A program made the position numbers and the translations under genes. A stretch of 40,053 bases of DNA from positions 1 through 40,053 of the forward strand of contig JWZX01003375.1 in assembly GCA_001275005.1 (NCBI GenBank). Direction: 5' to 3'. Shown one piece after another: positions 30,372 through 40,053 of this stretch (positions are counted from its first letter, which is position 1; each line of letters opens with the position of its first letter). Below the pieces are notes generated by a model. It did not search any database, was not told the origin of the DNA, and saw only the letters and a list, made by a program, of their open reading frames with translations. The stretch comes from Chrysochromulina tobinii. Lineage: Eukaryota.

Positions 30372-32163
30372 ATGGCGACCGCCATGCCGGAGAAGAAGCA
30401 AAAGGGGAGCAAGAAGAAGAAGGACCAGTTCGCGATGACGTGGATGGACCCCGTTGCGCTGCCTGCGACGTCCCCCGGGAACGCGCCTCCTCCTGCGCCC
30501 GAAAACTTGCCCGTCGCCCCGGTCCAGCAGCCACCCAAAGTCCAGCCGAGCAAATTCCAATGGAAGCAGCCGACCAGAGGATGGCACAACGGGGTACCAC
30601 CGGGCATGGCGGCAGCACCGCCCCAGCCACCGCAGGCGAGGTCGCCGACGCCAACGCTTCCTGAGAAGCGTCCTGCCGAGGGGACGTCTCGTGCGTCTGT
30701 CTCCTCGCCGACACAGCGAAGGAAAGAGGAAGTCAGAGATCGGAGCTGCATGGGCCAGGGGTTCTATATCGACGACTGGCTATGCGGCGCTGCGGCGCTG
30801 TGCACGCAACGGCCAGGAGGGCCAAACCCCGCGACGAGCATTCCAGGCAACACGGGCCCGGGGGGGACGGCGCAGCAAGCGTTCCTGCACGTCGAGGCGG
30901 CCAAGGTGCCGACGGGGTGCGGGGGCGACTGCTTCACCGGGCGCGGCCCCAGTGCGTACTCGGCGCAGTACGTGTCCACCCCCACACTCGACGATTCCAC
31001 ACTCGACGAGCTGATGCTAGTGGAAGAGGAGGGCGGCAAGGGTGGCTTGTGGAAGCTCGTAACGGACCTCTTCGCCATACCCGGGCAGCAGCAGCAGCAC
31101 CAGCCGGGCCCGCAGACGCCATCGCACGTCGTGGTGGCCCCGCCCACGAGCATCTCGCCGAACCGTCCCATCCCACCCAACGCGAGAGACATGCACCGCT
31201 CGCCTGGTGCCCCCCCTCTCGGGGGCAGCTTCCGAGCCCCCCACGAGAGGGTGGTCGCGCCCTTCGTCTTCCAGCCCGCGCAAGAGATCACGCCGCCGCC
31301 CGAGGACGTCGCCCACGTCGCGCTCCTCCTCGACGACGTCGTGAACGAGACACACTGGCCCGGCTTCGAAGGCGATAAGGGGCAGCCGCCGTTGACACAT
31401 TTATTCCACTTGGAGCAACTCCAGGAGCAAGCGCTGTCGACGGGCACGTCGCCTTCGGACCATACGTTTTCGGTCAACGAGTTCTCGTCGGCGGGGGACG
31501 TCGCCTCCACGCAAGGTCACGAGACAGGTAACGGCAACGGAAGCGAGCGAGCAGACAGCATCGACGGCACGACTGACATGGACACGATGGAGGTAAAAGA
31601 CGATCCCACTCCCTCCCCCCCGCCTACCGTGCCCACATGCGCCTGTCCCCCACGCCCACGCTACGCCATCGCACGGCGGGCACTTTGCATGCAGACCCCC
31701 CACCGTTCGATTCGGCCATCCGCCGACCCTCCCCACCGCGGCTCTCGCGCCGCACTGCTCCCCCTTTTTCCTCGCCTCCACACTGTTTCCCCTTTCCCCC
31801 GCCCCATTGCTTCCCCCCCTTTTCCCCGCCTCCACTGCTTCCCCCTTTCCCCCGCCCCACTGCTTCCCCTTCTCCTCCGCCTCCAGAAGCGCGCGCTCAC
31901 TTGTGCCCGGCACCCTCTCGTCTCGCTCGCAGGTGATGAACCTCTACGAGGATGCCCTGCAAGACGAGAACAAGCCCGGCGGTCTGCACTTCGCCGGCGC
32001 CTTCAACAGCGGGCAGAATGCCTACAAAGCCAACTGGATCACAGATGAACCCTTGGTCGTCTGTGTCGCCGGCCGGGAGTCCCCCCATATGCAGCTCTAC
32101 GCTGCCAATTTCGGGCCGATTCCAACTGCCGTCGGCGGCGACGACGGGCGCGGCGGGCAATGA
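30372..32163 (+). CDS. Hypothetical Pro-rich protein. Exons 30372-31592, 31933-32163; 483 aa
   Basis: Basic N-terminal cluster KKQKGSKKKK; phase-0 GT-AG intron 31593-31932 joins to a GC3-rich exon 2. Confidence 0.6.
31757..31870 (+). repeat. C-rich ~24-bp degenerate repeat (CCCCCTTTCCCCCGCCCCACTGCTT) in an intron
   Basis: Four to five degenerate copies; G-tract-rich on the minus strand. Confidence 0.8.
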
Positions 32164-33621
32164 GCCCGGCCGCCCCTCGCGGGTAAGGCTAAGGGTAAGG
32201 CGGGGTCTGATGGCCTCTGACCCCCTCAGGGTACCGGGGTACAATTTGTTACCACCTCTGCTCCCTGCAGCCAGTAAAACGGCTGCTTGGCAAAGGCGTT
32301 CACAATGGCTGGGAAGGAGGAAGTGGTTCGTGGCGAAACTTCGGACATCGGTCTGCTATGGTGCTCATGAGCTTGAGCAGGTGCTCTCGATTACATCGGC
32401 GGCATCAGGAGCAGGAATCTGTAAGGAATCTGTGGCCGCCGCAGGTGCATGCTAGCGTGGAAGTGCATCTGTGGCAGCTGCAGAGGGGGGTTTGAAGTGC
32501 GCATGCATTTGTGTGGCATACATCGGTGCGGCATCTATGGTGCTTGCCCTGTTGTGATGGGAGCTGTGGCGGTGGTACGAGTCGGGATTACGTCTCGGGC
32601 ATCTGTCGGGGCACCATGCGGGGCACGCGGAGTCCGGCAAAACCTCGCATGCATCTGTCGGGGCCCGCGGAGTCATGTCATGACCTCGCACGCGAGAGGG
32701 GTGGGGATGGGGAGCGTGGGAAGGGTCCGACCCGACCCCCGCGTGCGCGTCCGAGACCGACGACCCATTTGTGCTTGGAGCCCATCGGTCGTCCCTTCTG
32801 TCCGGTCTCGTAGCGTGTTGGGGTTGAGAGATGAGAGTCGAGTGCGCGGACCGCGGAGGTCGGACCCTCCCGACCTGGCGACCATTGTCGTTCGCGTGTG
32901 ATGCCGCGATGTGTCGTCCGCTGTGTGCGGTTTTCGTTTTGCGGTTCGACCAGTATTGAGTGAAGATCGCTGTGTGCAAGACCTGCATTTTGTGGCGATT
33001 GGCGTGAGCTGGAGGTGCCTGGGGGTCGCTGCGCCTGCGGCGGAATGCGGGCCTAGTTAATCGCGGGGGATATGTCCGGGGACACGTGTGGGCGTGTGAT
33101 GTGTTCGCAAATCGTATATCCGGAGGCGTCCAGCTTTCAGCGCTTTCCAGCAGGCCAACGAAATCCGCCACGCGGCCAGACTCTACTCCCCACCGTTCCT
33201 GCCGACCTCACGGCACCGTCATTTCGATTTCCGGACAAACCTCATTCGAACTGACGGCCCCATCGATGGCCCGTGGAGGGAATCATGGACGGGGCCCCTC
33301 TATCCTGCCTCTATCGCTGCGTCTAACACGCGTGCGCGGTTGGAGCGCCCTGCCGGAACTCGTAGCTGGCGCTGAACTGGAGCTCCAGCTGGCGGGCGGG
33401 AACGTGCAACCGAACGTACGGCCCCCACTCGATTTCCTCGTGCTTTCCCCGCTTGTCCCTACTCGTTCTTCTGCCAAAGCCTCTGGATGACTTGACTTGA
33501 CTTGGATGTGTGCGGCTCTAGCGTCGCTCGTCTAAGCTCAACGTCTCTCTATTTTCGTGGGGCACCATGTAGCTGAGCGAGCTCCCTACCTGCTGCCACG
33601 GCGTAGCGCCCGTGCCTCACC

Positions 33622-34339
33622 TCAGCGACGGTGATGCTCCTTCTGGTCCCCCTCTACGAATGGGATGGCCTTGCCGCCGATGAGCATCGCATTACGCCCG
33701 AGATCGACAATCGCCTGGTATTTGCGCATTAGATCGAGGCCAAGCAGCAGGTCGGGCCCGTGGTTCTGCTCCAGCACCGTGATCGAGCAGTCCACAGCGG
33801 TATGGGAGCCGAAGCGCACCGTTGCGAGATGCACACGGCCGAGGATGCGTGCTGCGCCGACGCCGGCGGCCACCCCACGGAAGCGCGGATCCACCTTCTG
33901 TTCCAACTTGCAACGCTGCACGCACTTGGCCGTCATCACAGTCATCTGGGCGCCTGTGTCCACAAACGCTTTTGAGAGGCACGTCGTTGACGGAGCACGC
34001 CACATAGAGCATGGGAACGGGCACGAACGCTTCTGGGTTGACCTCGAACGCCATCTCAAGCTGCTCGTCGCGCGCCTTGTGCCGCGCCTCCCGTTCAGGA
34101 TCTATTGCGCCATGCCGCTGCCCGATGCCGCCAGCTGATCGGTCGTACTCGTGCGCCTGCAGCGCCTGGGCCAGCTTCTCATCCCGCATCAACTGCTGCT
34201 GCTGCTGCTGCTGCTGGAATGGATTGCCGCGCATGTTTGGTTGCATGCCCAACTGCTGCTGCCGCTGCGCAGCTTGGAAGGGAGGCTGTTGCAAAGCATT
34301 AGGCACGCCACGCATGTGTGGCTGAGGCATGTTTCGCAT
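33622..34339 (-). CDS. DDI1: DDI1-like retroviral-type aspartic protease, with a +1 frameshift at 33970-33973
   Basis: AFEVNPEAF..V.MLYV.C.VN.VPLK|AFVDTGAQMT.M...C..RC.L...VD.RF.GVA.GVG...ILGRVH...DLLLGLDLMRKY. The two ORFs join if one A of AAAA is removed. Confidence 0.85.
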
Positions 34340-34606
34340 GTTGCGTGTGTGAACGGGCTGTTAATACTCGGAGAAGTTCGTGAGAGGAACACACCCGCTC
34401 GTGTAGACTTTAAACCGGAAGTACGCTACGAGAGTGCCACACCAAAGACACCTGGACGCCCTCAATCGCCCCAAACCGCCGCTACCGTAACGCCCTGCGT
34501 GCACTACCATGAGGGGGCCGAGTATGAACTAACAGGGGGCCGAGTATTAACTCACACACCAGAGCGGGAGGTGTCGCGTAAACGCTCACACTGAGCTTAG
34601 AGGCCA

Positions 34607-36368
34607 ATGTGTGAACCAAACACAATGCTCATCGCGAAGGAAATCGCCGCGTTGGGTGAGGGCCGGACGGCCATGCGTGCTGCTACGGCGCTCAAGCACG
34701 AGGCCATGAAGGGTCGCGATCACTCGTCCGCGATCGCTGCTGCCGGCGCGATTCCTCCGCTTGTGGCGCTGCTGGGACCAGACAGCCCGGCGGAGTTGCA
34801 GGACGAGGCTGCCGCCGCGTTGAGAGCTCTTTGTTTGGGCAGCGATGAGAATCGATCTGATGTTCTCGCAGCCGGCGCAGTGCCGCCGCTGGTTTCGCTC
34901 CTCAGCTCAGAGAGTGCTGAGACGCAGGAGCAAGCCGCGGGACTACTGGCGTCTCTCGCGATGAATGGCGAGACTGCTGCTGCCATCGTGACCGCATCGG
35001 GCCTGCGGCCACTCATCCGCCTGTGCGCTGAAAGAAGATGTGGAGTACAGTTTGAAGCGGCGAGCGCCTTGCGCAACCTCGCGGCGCACTCTCCCCTCCA
35101 CCATGCCATCATAGAGGCCGGCGCCACACCAGTGCTCGAAGGGATCCGGCATGGGGCTGCCTCTGCGACACGATCCGCAGCGCAAGGCGCACTGAAGCTC
35201 TTGGCGCCTGGGCCTGCCACGGGGCCACTCGCCCCACAACCCTCGGCGCTGCCGCTGCCTTCGTCGCCGCCTCCGCCCACGCACCCTTGCTCCTTGGAGC
35301 CCGTTCCAGGCTTCCTGCAGGGCGCATGGATTCGTCACTACATCCGTCGCGCTATTGACGAGATCGGCACGCTGGGCCCCCCTTGCACGCACCCCGTCCT
35401 GTACGTGCAGACGCCGCACGCGTTTGTGGACGTGCGGCCCTGGCACGGGCCCGCGAACGAGGGAGCGACGATGGCGTTCGCAGGAGTGACGACTACCCTC
35501 TCCGTACTGCCGCCGGGCGCGGGAAGCTGGGCGTTTGGAGGCGCACGGCGTGTCTCTTGGCACGCGTGCCACAACTGGGGGCCGCCCCAACCTGAGTATG
35601 AGGCCTGCTGGGCTGAGGCGCTCAGCGGGTCGCCTCGGGCGACTGAGGATGTAGGAGACTTTGCCCCGGTCGACGCATGGAGCGGCACGGTGTGGCTCGC
35701 CCTTGATTGGCCTTGATGGGCCTTGATGGGCCTTGATGGGCCTTGATGGGCCTTGATGGGCCTTGCTCGACCCTGATGGCCCAAATGATGGCGCCCCTCA
35801 TCAGGCGGGGCGGGAGCGTGCTTGTCACCGATGGCCCGTGATGGCCCACATAAATTGATGGTGTGAATTGATGGTGTGAATTGATGGTGCCCCTCCTCAG
35901 GTGTGGCGGGAGCGTGACCCTAACGGTACACTCGAGGAAGGGTGGGAACGCATCGATGGAGGCGACGGGCGCTTCTTTGCCGCCCGACGCGGCGCCGCTC
36001 TCTTCGTCGTCGCGGGCAACTATTGGGGCTATGTCGAAGACTGCGGCGAGCGACACCTGGAGGGGGGCTCAGAGGGCGCGGCAACGACAGCAGCGTGCTA
36101 CGCCGTCGGCACAGTCCAAGTGGCAACGGCGCCATCCTCGGCCAATGAAACGACCGTCGCGTGGCGAGTGGAGCGGTGCACGGATCAGCAGCTCGAGGGC
36201 TCCTGCCTCTCTCTGGCCGGGCAGTCAGCGGCGGAGTGGACGCTGCTCCCTGGTTGCACGCTCAGCTGGCCGCCTCCAAAGGCACAGCAGGGGCCGCTCA
36301 GAGCAGGGGAGGTGCAGGTGGGCAGTTTCCTGTGGCCGCCGCCTCAATTTCGTGGTGTGGCCCACTAA
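34607..36368 (+). CDS. Armadillo-repeat protein fused to an HRI1-like beta domain. Exons 34607-35689, 35901-36368; 516 aa
   Basis: ARM repeats IAAAGAIPPLVALL, LAAGAVPPLVSLL, AASALRNLA. C-terminal GAWIR..I...VLYVQT..AFVDVR...AFAG...W...DVGDF...W.E....LEEGWERI. Phase-0 intron. Confidence 0.75.
35690..35900 (+). repeat. Intron with a CCTTGATGGG x5 array, an AATTGATGGTGTG array and a duplicated acceptor
   Basis: Visible directly; ends GATGGTGCCCCTCCTCAG. Confidence 0.85.
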
Positions 36369-36590
36369 CTTCCGTTTCTACGTAGTACAAAAGGTGCTTT
36401 AAGTAAACCTCATCTCACCTCAACAGGGCGCGTTGAGCTGACCTTATCTTCGCAAAAACCAGAGATCGGCTATTATTATCCATAATGTAACTCGTCGGCT
36501 GGTGCTGTGAGACAGCGCGGCGCGGTGTGGCCGTGGCGCGGCGTGACTGGAGTGCTGACTTCGTCGGCGCGCACGCCGGCCGAGCAGAAG

Positions 36591-37634
36591 ATGGCCTGCT
36601 CATTTCGGTGGACGCCCTACAAGGCAGATGCACGCATGGGCCTCAATCACCAGATGTCGTCCCTCTCCTGTGCCATTAACGAGGCATCCTTTCTTGGGCG
36701 CGCGCTTGTGCTCCCGGCGTTCATCTGCACGGACAGCGGCCACAACCGTGGAGAAGCCTGCCCCACGTTTGAGAGCCTATTCGACGTCGAGCTGCTCGGC
36801 AGGCTCGTTAGGTTGAGACTGAGCAATAGCACGAGCGAATCGGGCTACACCACGATTCCCAAAACCTGCGGATCTCGCTGCGCACGTGACGAGTACTCGT
36901 GTGATCGCCACCCGTTGCTCGAGCGGCGTCAGCACGGCTTCTGGTTTCAGGCATGCCTCCAGCACAGCGTGGATACCGACCACTTGGCACGCCGTACGGA
37001 GGCTCTGCTGGGCCTGCCGAATGGCCACTACGACGCCGAGACGGCGCCTTCCCTCGCGCTTCTGCGCTCAGGTCTCTTTTACAGCAAAACACTCAAGGCG
37101 ATTGCGCGCAAGGTGCGGCGCCAGATTGGGGGCACGTACAGCTCCATCCACCTTCGGCGCTCCGACAAGCTCCGGGCAGCGGGTGCAGTACAAGCCCGCG
37201 TCCGTGATCAAGCCACGCAGACGACCACGTTGCTCTCGCTGATGCGGCATTGGATTCCGCCCCGAAGCACCATATATATTGGCTCGACTGAGCCACCTGC
37301 CTTCTTCGCACCTATGGCGTCGTCGTACCGGCTGCTCTTCGCGAGCAACTTTTCAGAGCTCCTCGAGCCACTCAGCAACAACTATGCCACGTACGCGGTT
37401 GAGAGCCTGCTCTTCGTGGGTTCCGAGCTGTACGTCGAAACTTACGGCTACACGCGCGGCAATTACATGCGCGGCTGCTTCCCGTACCATGTGCAGCCCA
37501 AGGCGGGGGTAGGGGGCAGGCTGACGAGGCAAGTCTTCGGCGTCGCCTACGGCCGAGCGTGCAGCCGCATGTGCCACGAAGACTTGCACTTGATACCGCC
37601 GCCGACACAGCGTTGCGTGCCTGATGGAAGCTGA
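36591..37634 (+). CDS. O-fucosyltransferase-like glycosyltransferase (GT-B fold)
   Basis: GLNHQ..SL.CA..EA..LGRALVLP, FESLFD, YSSIHLRRSDK, IYIGSTEP. Confidence 0.7.
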   Translation: MACSFRWTPYKADARMGLNHQMSSLSCAINEASFLGRALVLPAFICTDSGHNRGEACPTFESLFDVELLGRLVRLRLSNSTSESGYTTIPKTCGSRCARDEYSCDRHPLLERRQHGFWFQACLQHSVDTDHLARRTEALLGLPNGHYDAETAPSLALLRSGLFYSKTLKAIARKVRRQIGGTYSSIHLRRSDKLRAAGAVQARVRDQATQTTTLLSLMRHWIPPRSTIYIGSTEPPAFFAPMASSYRLLFASNFSELLEPLSNNYATYAVESLLFVGSELYVETYGYTRGNYMRGCFPYHVQPKAGVGGRLTRQVFGVAYGRACSRMCHEDLHLIPPPTQRCVPDGS

Positions 37635-37829
37635 GCACGTATTAACGGAGGCCCAGTACCACGTGCAATTAGCTTCGATATTCTTCACACAACACACATG
37701 CACAGACTATACTCGGACAATCTCGAACTGCAGCGGATGGGGCGGATTCTGGAGTACTCTCTGGCTCTTGCATCCACGTCCGGCTCCAGAAGTCCTGATC
37801 GCAACTGAGCGGACATCTTAGGACATCAG

Positions 37830-38114
37830 CTAGCGAGCGACGAGCCGATGAGCCGCTCGTGGGGCAATGAGCCGGGCCAGCGCCATACGTGCTTCGATGT
37901 CGTTCATTGTGAGATCAAGATTCAGGCAGGGGACCTCGACCTCTGAGACCATAGAGCGCGGCTGCCGCGGCTGGCACGTGTCAGGGTTGACCGAGAGCGT
38001 CGTCGTGTCCTCGGACACTTCTTGATGCAGCATGTTCTCGTGCGACACAACGCGTTTTTTGCGGCGCAGCAGGAATATTGTGGGCAGGGCGCGCCAGGCA
38101 TCAGCAAGCGACAT
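37830..38114 (-). CDS. Small hypothetical protein
   Basis: 94-aa ORF from ATG 38114, flanked by AT-richer spacers; no recognisable motif. Confidence 0.35.
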   Translation of the reverse strand: MSLADAWRALPTIFLLRRKKRVVSHENMLHQEVSEDTTTLSVNPDTCQPRQPRSMVSEVEVPCLNLDLTMNDIEARMALARLIAPRAAHRLVAR

Positions 38115-38370
38115 GTCGAGGAGTGTGCGAGACGCCACCCCGCGCGAAAGGAATAAGCGCCCGCTTTCGTCATATTTTGTGTGGAAATGGACACGAATTC
38201 CACAGAAAGAGAAGGTTTAGAACCCGAGCGCCTGAAACTTTGGGGGCTCTACTATTCCGCCGACAGCCCGTGCCGGTGTCGCCGCCCATAAAACTCGATT
38301 ATCGCGCGCGCCGGCGCTGCCCATCCTCTGTTGCCTCTGCAACGGCGATTCGGGCGATCAGCGAGCGCCT

Positions 38371-39562
38371 CTAGGCGCCCTTGCGTTTCGTGAGGTGGAG
38401 GTGCGCCTGGAAGAGGCAGAGCTTGCCGATCGGATGGTCGAGGCGCCAGCCGTGCCCTGGGTCGTCCTCCGGCAGCAAGAATTGGTTTGCCGCCGCGCGG
38501 AGGGCGACGAGGTCTTCATCCAGTCGGACTGGCTCGCCCCGGCGGAAAAAGGCGTCACGAACGGTATGGCGTACGCCCTCCCCGGTCGCTAGCGCCGTCG
38601 CTTGCTTCATCACGTTGCGCAGGTTGGCGGGAGAGAGCTGTGGGCTAAAGTACTGCTCCATCTCCGCCAGCCAGCCCGACGCCTCCTCGTACGCCGCCGC
38701 GACAGCTGCACGCTCGTCGGGGCTCATCACCTCCATCAGAACTCCTTTGGCTCTGGAGCCGCGCCCACGCCCGGCGCCGACCGTCGCGGCGCGCACCTTC
38801 TTGCGCACGTGCATCGCCTCTCGTTCCGCAATCTCGAGCTCGGCGGACTCGTCCGCGTACCGTTTGGGATGCGCTGCATCGGGCGATGGCAGTTTGTGAA
38901 GCCGGGACGATGAGCGACGGTTGGCCTGTGCTTCGACCATCCTGGCGTGTCGCTCGGCCGCTCGGGCCGCGCGGACGACGGGGTCGACGGGCGGCTTCTC
39001 GGGCGTCTTGGCGCACGCGCGGAGCGTCTCGGACGCACTCGCAACGCCAAGTGCATGCAGGACGAGCGCATTCTGGCGCATCGTCTCGAGACGCTGCAGC
39101 TCGTATGCCGAGAGCGCAGCGGCGGGGGTGGCTGAAACGGGCACGGTGGGCGCGGTGGGCGCGGGTGCCACCGCCTTCTTCACCTTGGCCGCCTTCTCCT
39201 TGGCCGTCTTCTCGTCGGCGGAGGCCTTCTCCATGACCGCCTTCTCGCTCGCAGCCCTCTCGGATGCCGCTTTTTTGGGACTGCCGAACTGCGAGAGCGA
39301 TGCGCAGCGCCTCCTTGACCCGCTTCGGTGCACCCTGCAGGAGCGCCTCGTCACCGGAAAATGGGCGCAGCGAGTCAGGCTTGGCCCAGACGAAGGCATC
39401 ATCGCCAAAGCTCATCATGAGCAGGGCGTCCGCCGATCGGCGTGCAGCCTGGACCGCGGGTCCGCCTTCCGTCGGATCGATGATCCTAGCTGGCCAAGAC
39501 GCCATCCCATCGACTTTGACGCCACCAAAGCCCGTTACCCAGCACAAATCGCCTTGCTGCAT
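38371..39562 (-). CDS. PWWP-domain chromatin protein with a +1 frameshift at 39271-39276
   Basis: GDLCWV...SWPARI...MSFGD.AFVW.....L.PF (PWWP). The downstream frame has LSAYELQRLETMRQN..VL.ALG and a globular C-terminal region DPGHGWRLDHPIGKL. Confidence 0.75.
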
Positions 39563-39662
39563 CAACACGCGCGGGTCGCAAAAGAACCCATGAAGATCGG
39601 TTACAAGTCAAGTTCTAACATGTTCATCATCAACTTCAACTGAAAATTTGTCCCGAAGGGGT

Positions 39663-39721
39663 AGTTCAAGTTCAAGTTCAAGTTCAAGTTCAAGTTCAAG
39701 TTCAAGTTCAAGTTCAAGTTN
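39663..39721. repeat. (AAGTTC)n hexanucleotide microsatellite ending at an ambiguous base N
   Basis: About 9-10 perfect copies; N at 39721. Confidence 0.95.
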
Positions 39722-40053
39722 AAGGGGTTCATTGTATGAGGAGGTTGTCTGGAATCACACACCCAACCCACACCCAACGTGCACACACCGCCACGTGCAT
39801 CCTGTCCGGACCTCCCGGCCGGCATCCCCACCGCACCTGATTTTGAACTGCATTAGTGATAAGGAATCTGAAGGACAACAACACAACCCAAATATGCACA
39901 CGGGCGAAGGACCTCATGCGACTGGCCGACTGTGCAATTGTTGTACGAGTATAAGTGACTTGCTGTTCACGGCACCCGCACCGGCAGCTGCGTGGGCCTT
40001 TAAGCGGTGGATGCCACCTGGACCTGCGAGAGCGTCTTGAGCGCATGGGTGCG

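Noticed and set aside
32170..33500. 239-aa minus-strand ORF and scattered GCATCTGT motifs as a transposon
   Set aside because: No transposase, RT or integrase motif and no clear terminal repeats; could be a decayed repeat but cannot be supported.
33622..34059. Aspartic protease as part of an LTR retrotransposon
   Set aside because: Carries DDI1-specific flanking motifs (NPEAF, MLYV, RF.GVA.GVG), with no gag, RT, integrase or LTRs nearby.
33970..39276. Programmed ribosomal frameshifting at the two A-runs
   Set aside because: No evident stimulatory structure; homopolymer sequencing error is more parsimonious, and the assembly also contains an N.
39648..39831. Poly-Ser and NLNL ORFs; (AAGTTC)n as a telomere
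   Set aside because: Microsatellite translation; the unit is not a TTAGGG-type repeat and it is internal.

Overview
GC-rich, gene-dense eukaryotic nuclear DNA. The intron style and gene set suggest a haptophyte microalga such as Chrysochromulina (inference only). About 22 protein-coding loci are present, several as head-to-head pairs. Recognisable genes: SNW1/Prp45, an MFS transporter, Mpv17/PMP22 with EF-hands, PP2C, a SAM methyltransferase, a 2OG-Fe(II) oxygenase with TPR, a CHCHD2-like protein, IMP4, a Pin1-type parvulin, a DDI1-like protease, an ARM/HRI1-like protein, an O-fucosyltransferase-like protein and a PWWP protein. Two observations stand out. (1) Unrelated genes share a family of related spliceosomal introns built from sense-oriented 10-11 bp (sometimes 26-28 bp) TGATG/TGAGTG-CC repeats, with shared ends and copies of their own exon junctions, which looks like an introner-type intron-gain or expansion process. 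(2) A manually spliced 6-exon gene (667 aa) fuses a GCN5-like acetyltransferase to a PARP-like ADP-ribosyltransferase domain, each with a changed catalytic residue. Three single-base frameshifts are probably sequencing errors. No rRNA, tRNA, CRISPR array or intact transposase was recognised. All gene models and family calls were made by eye, without database searches.
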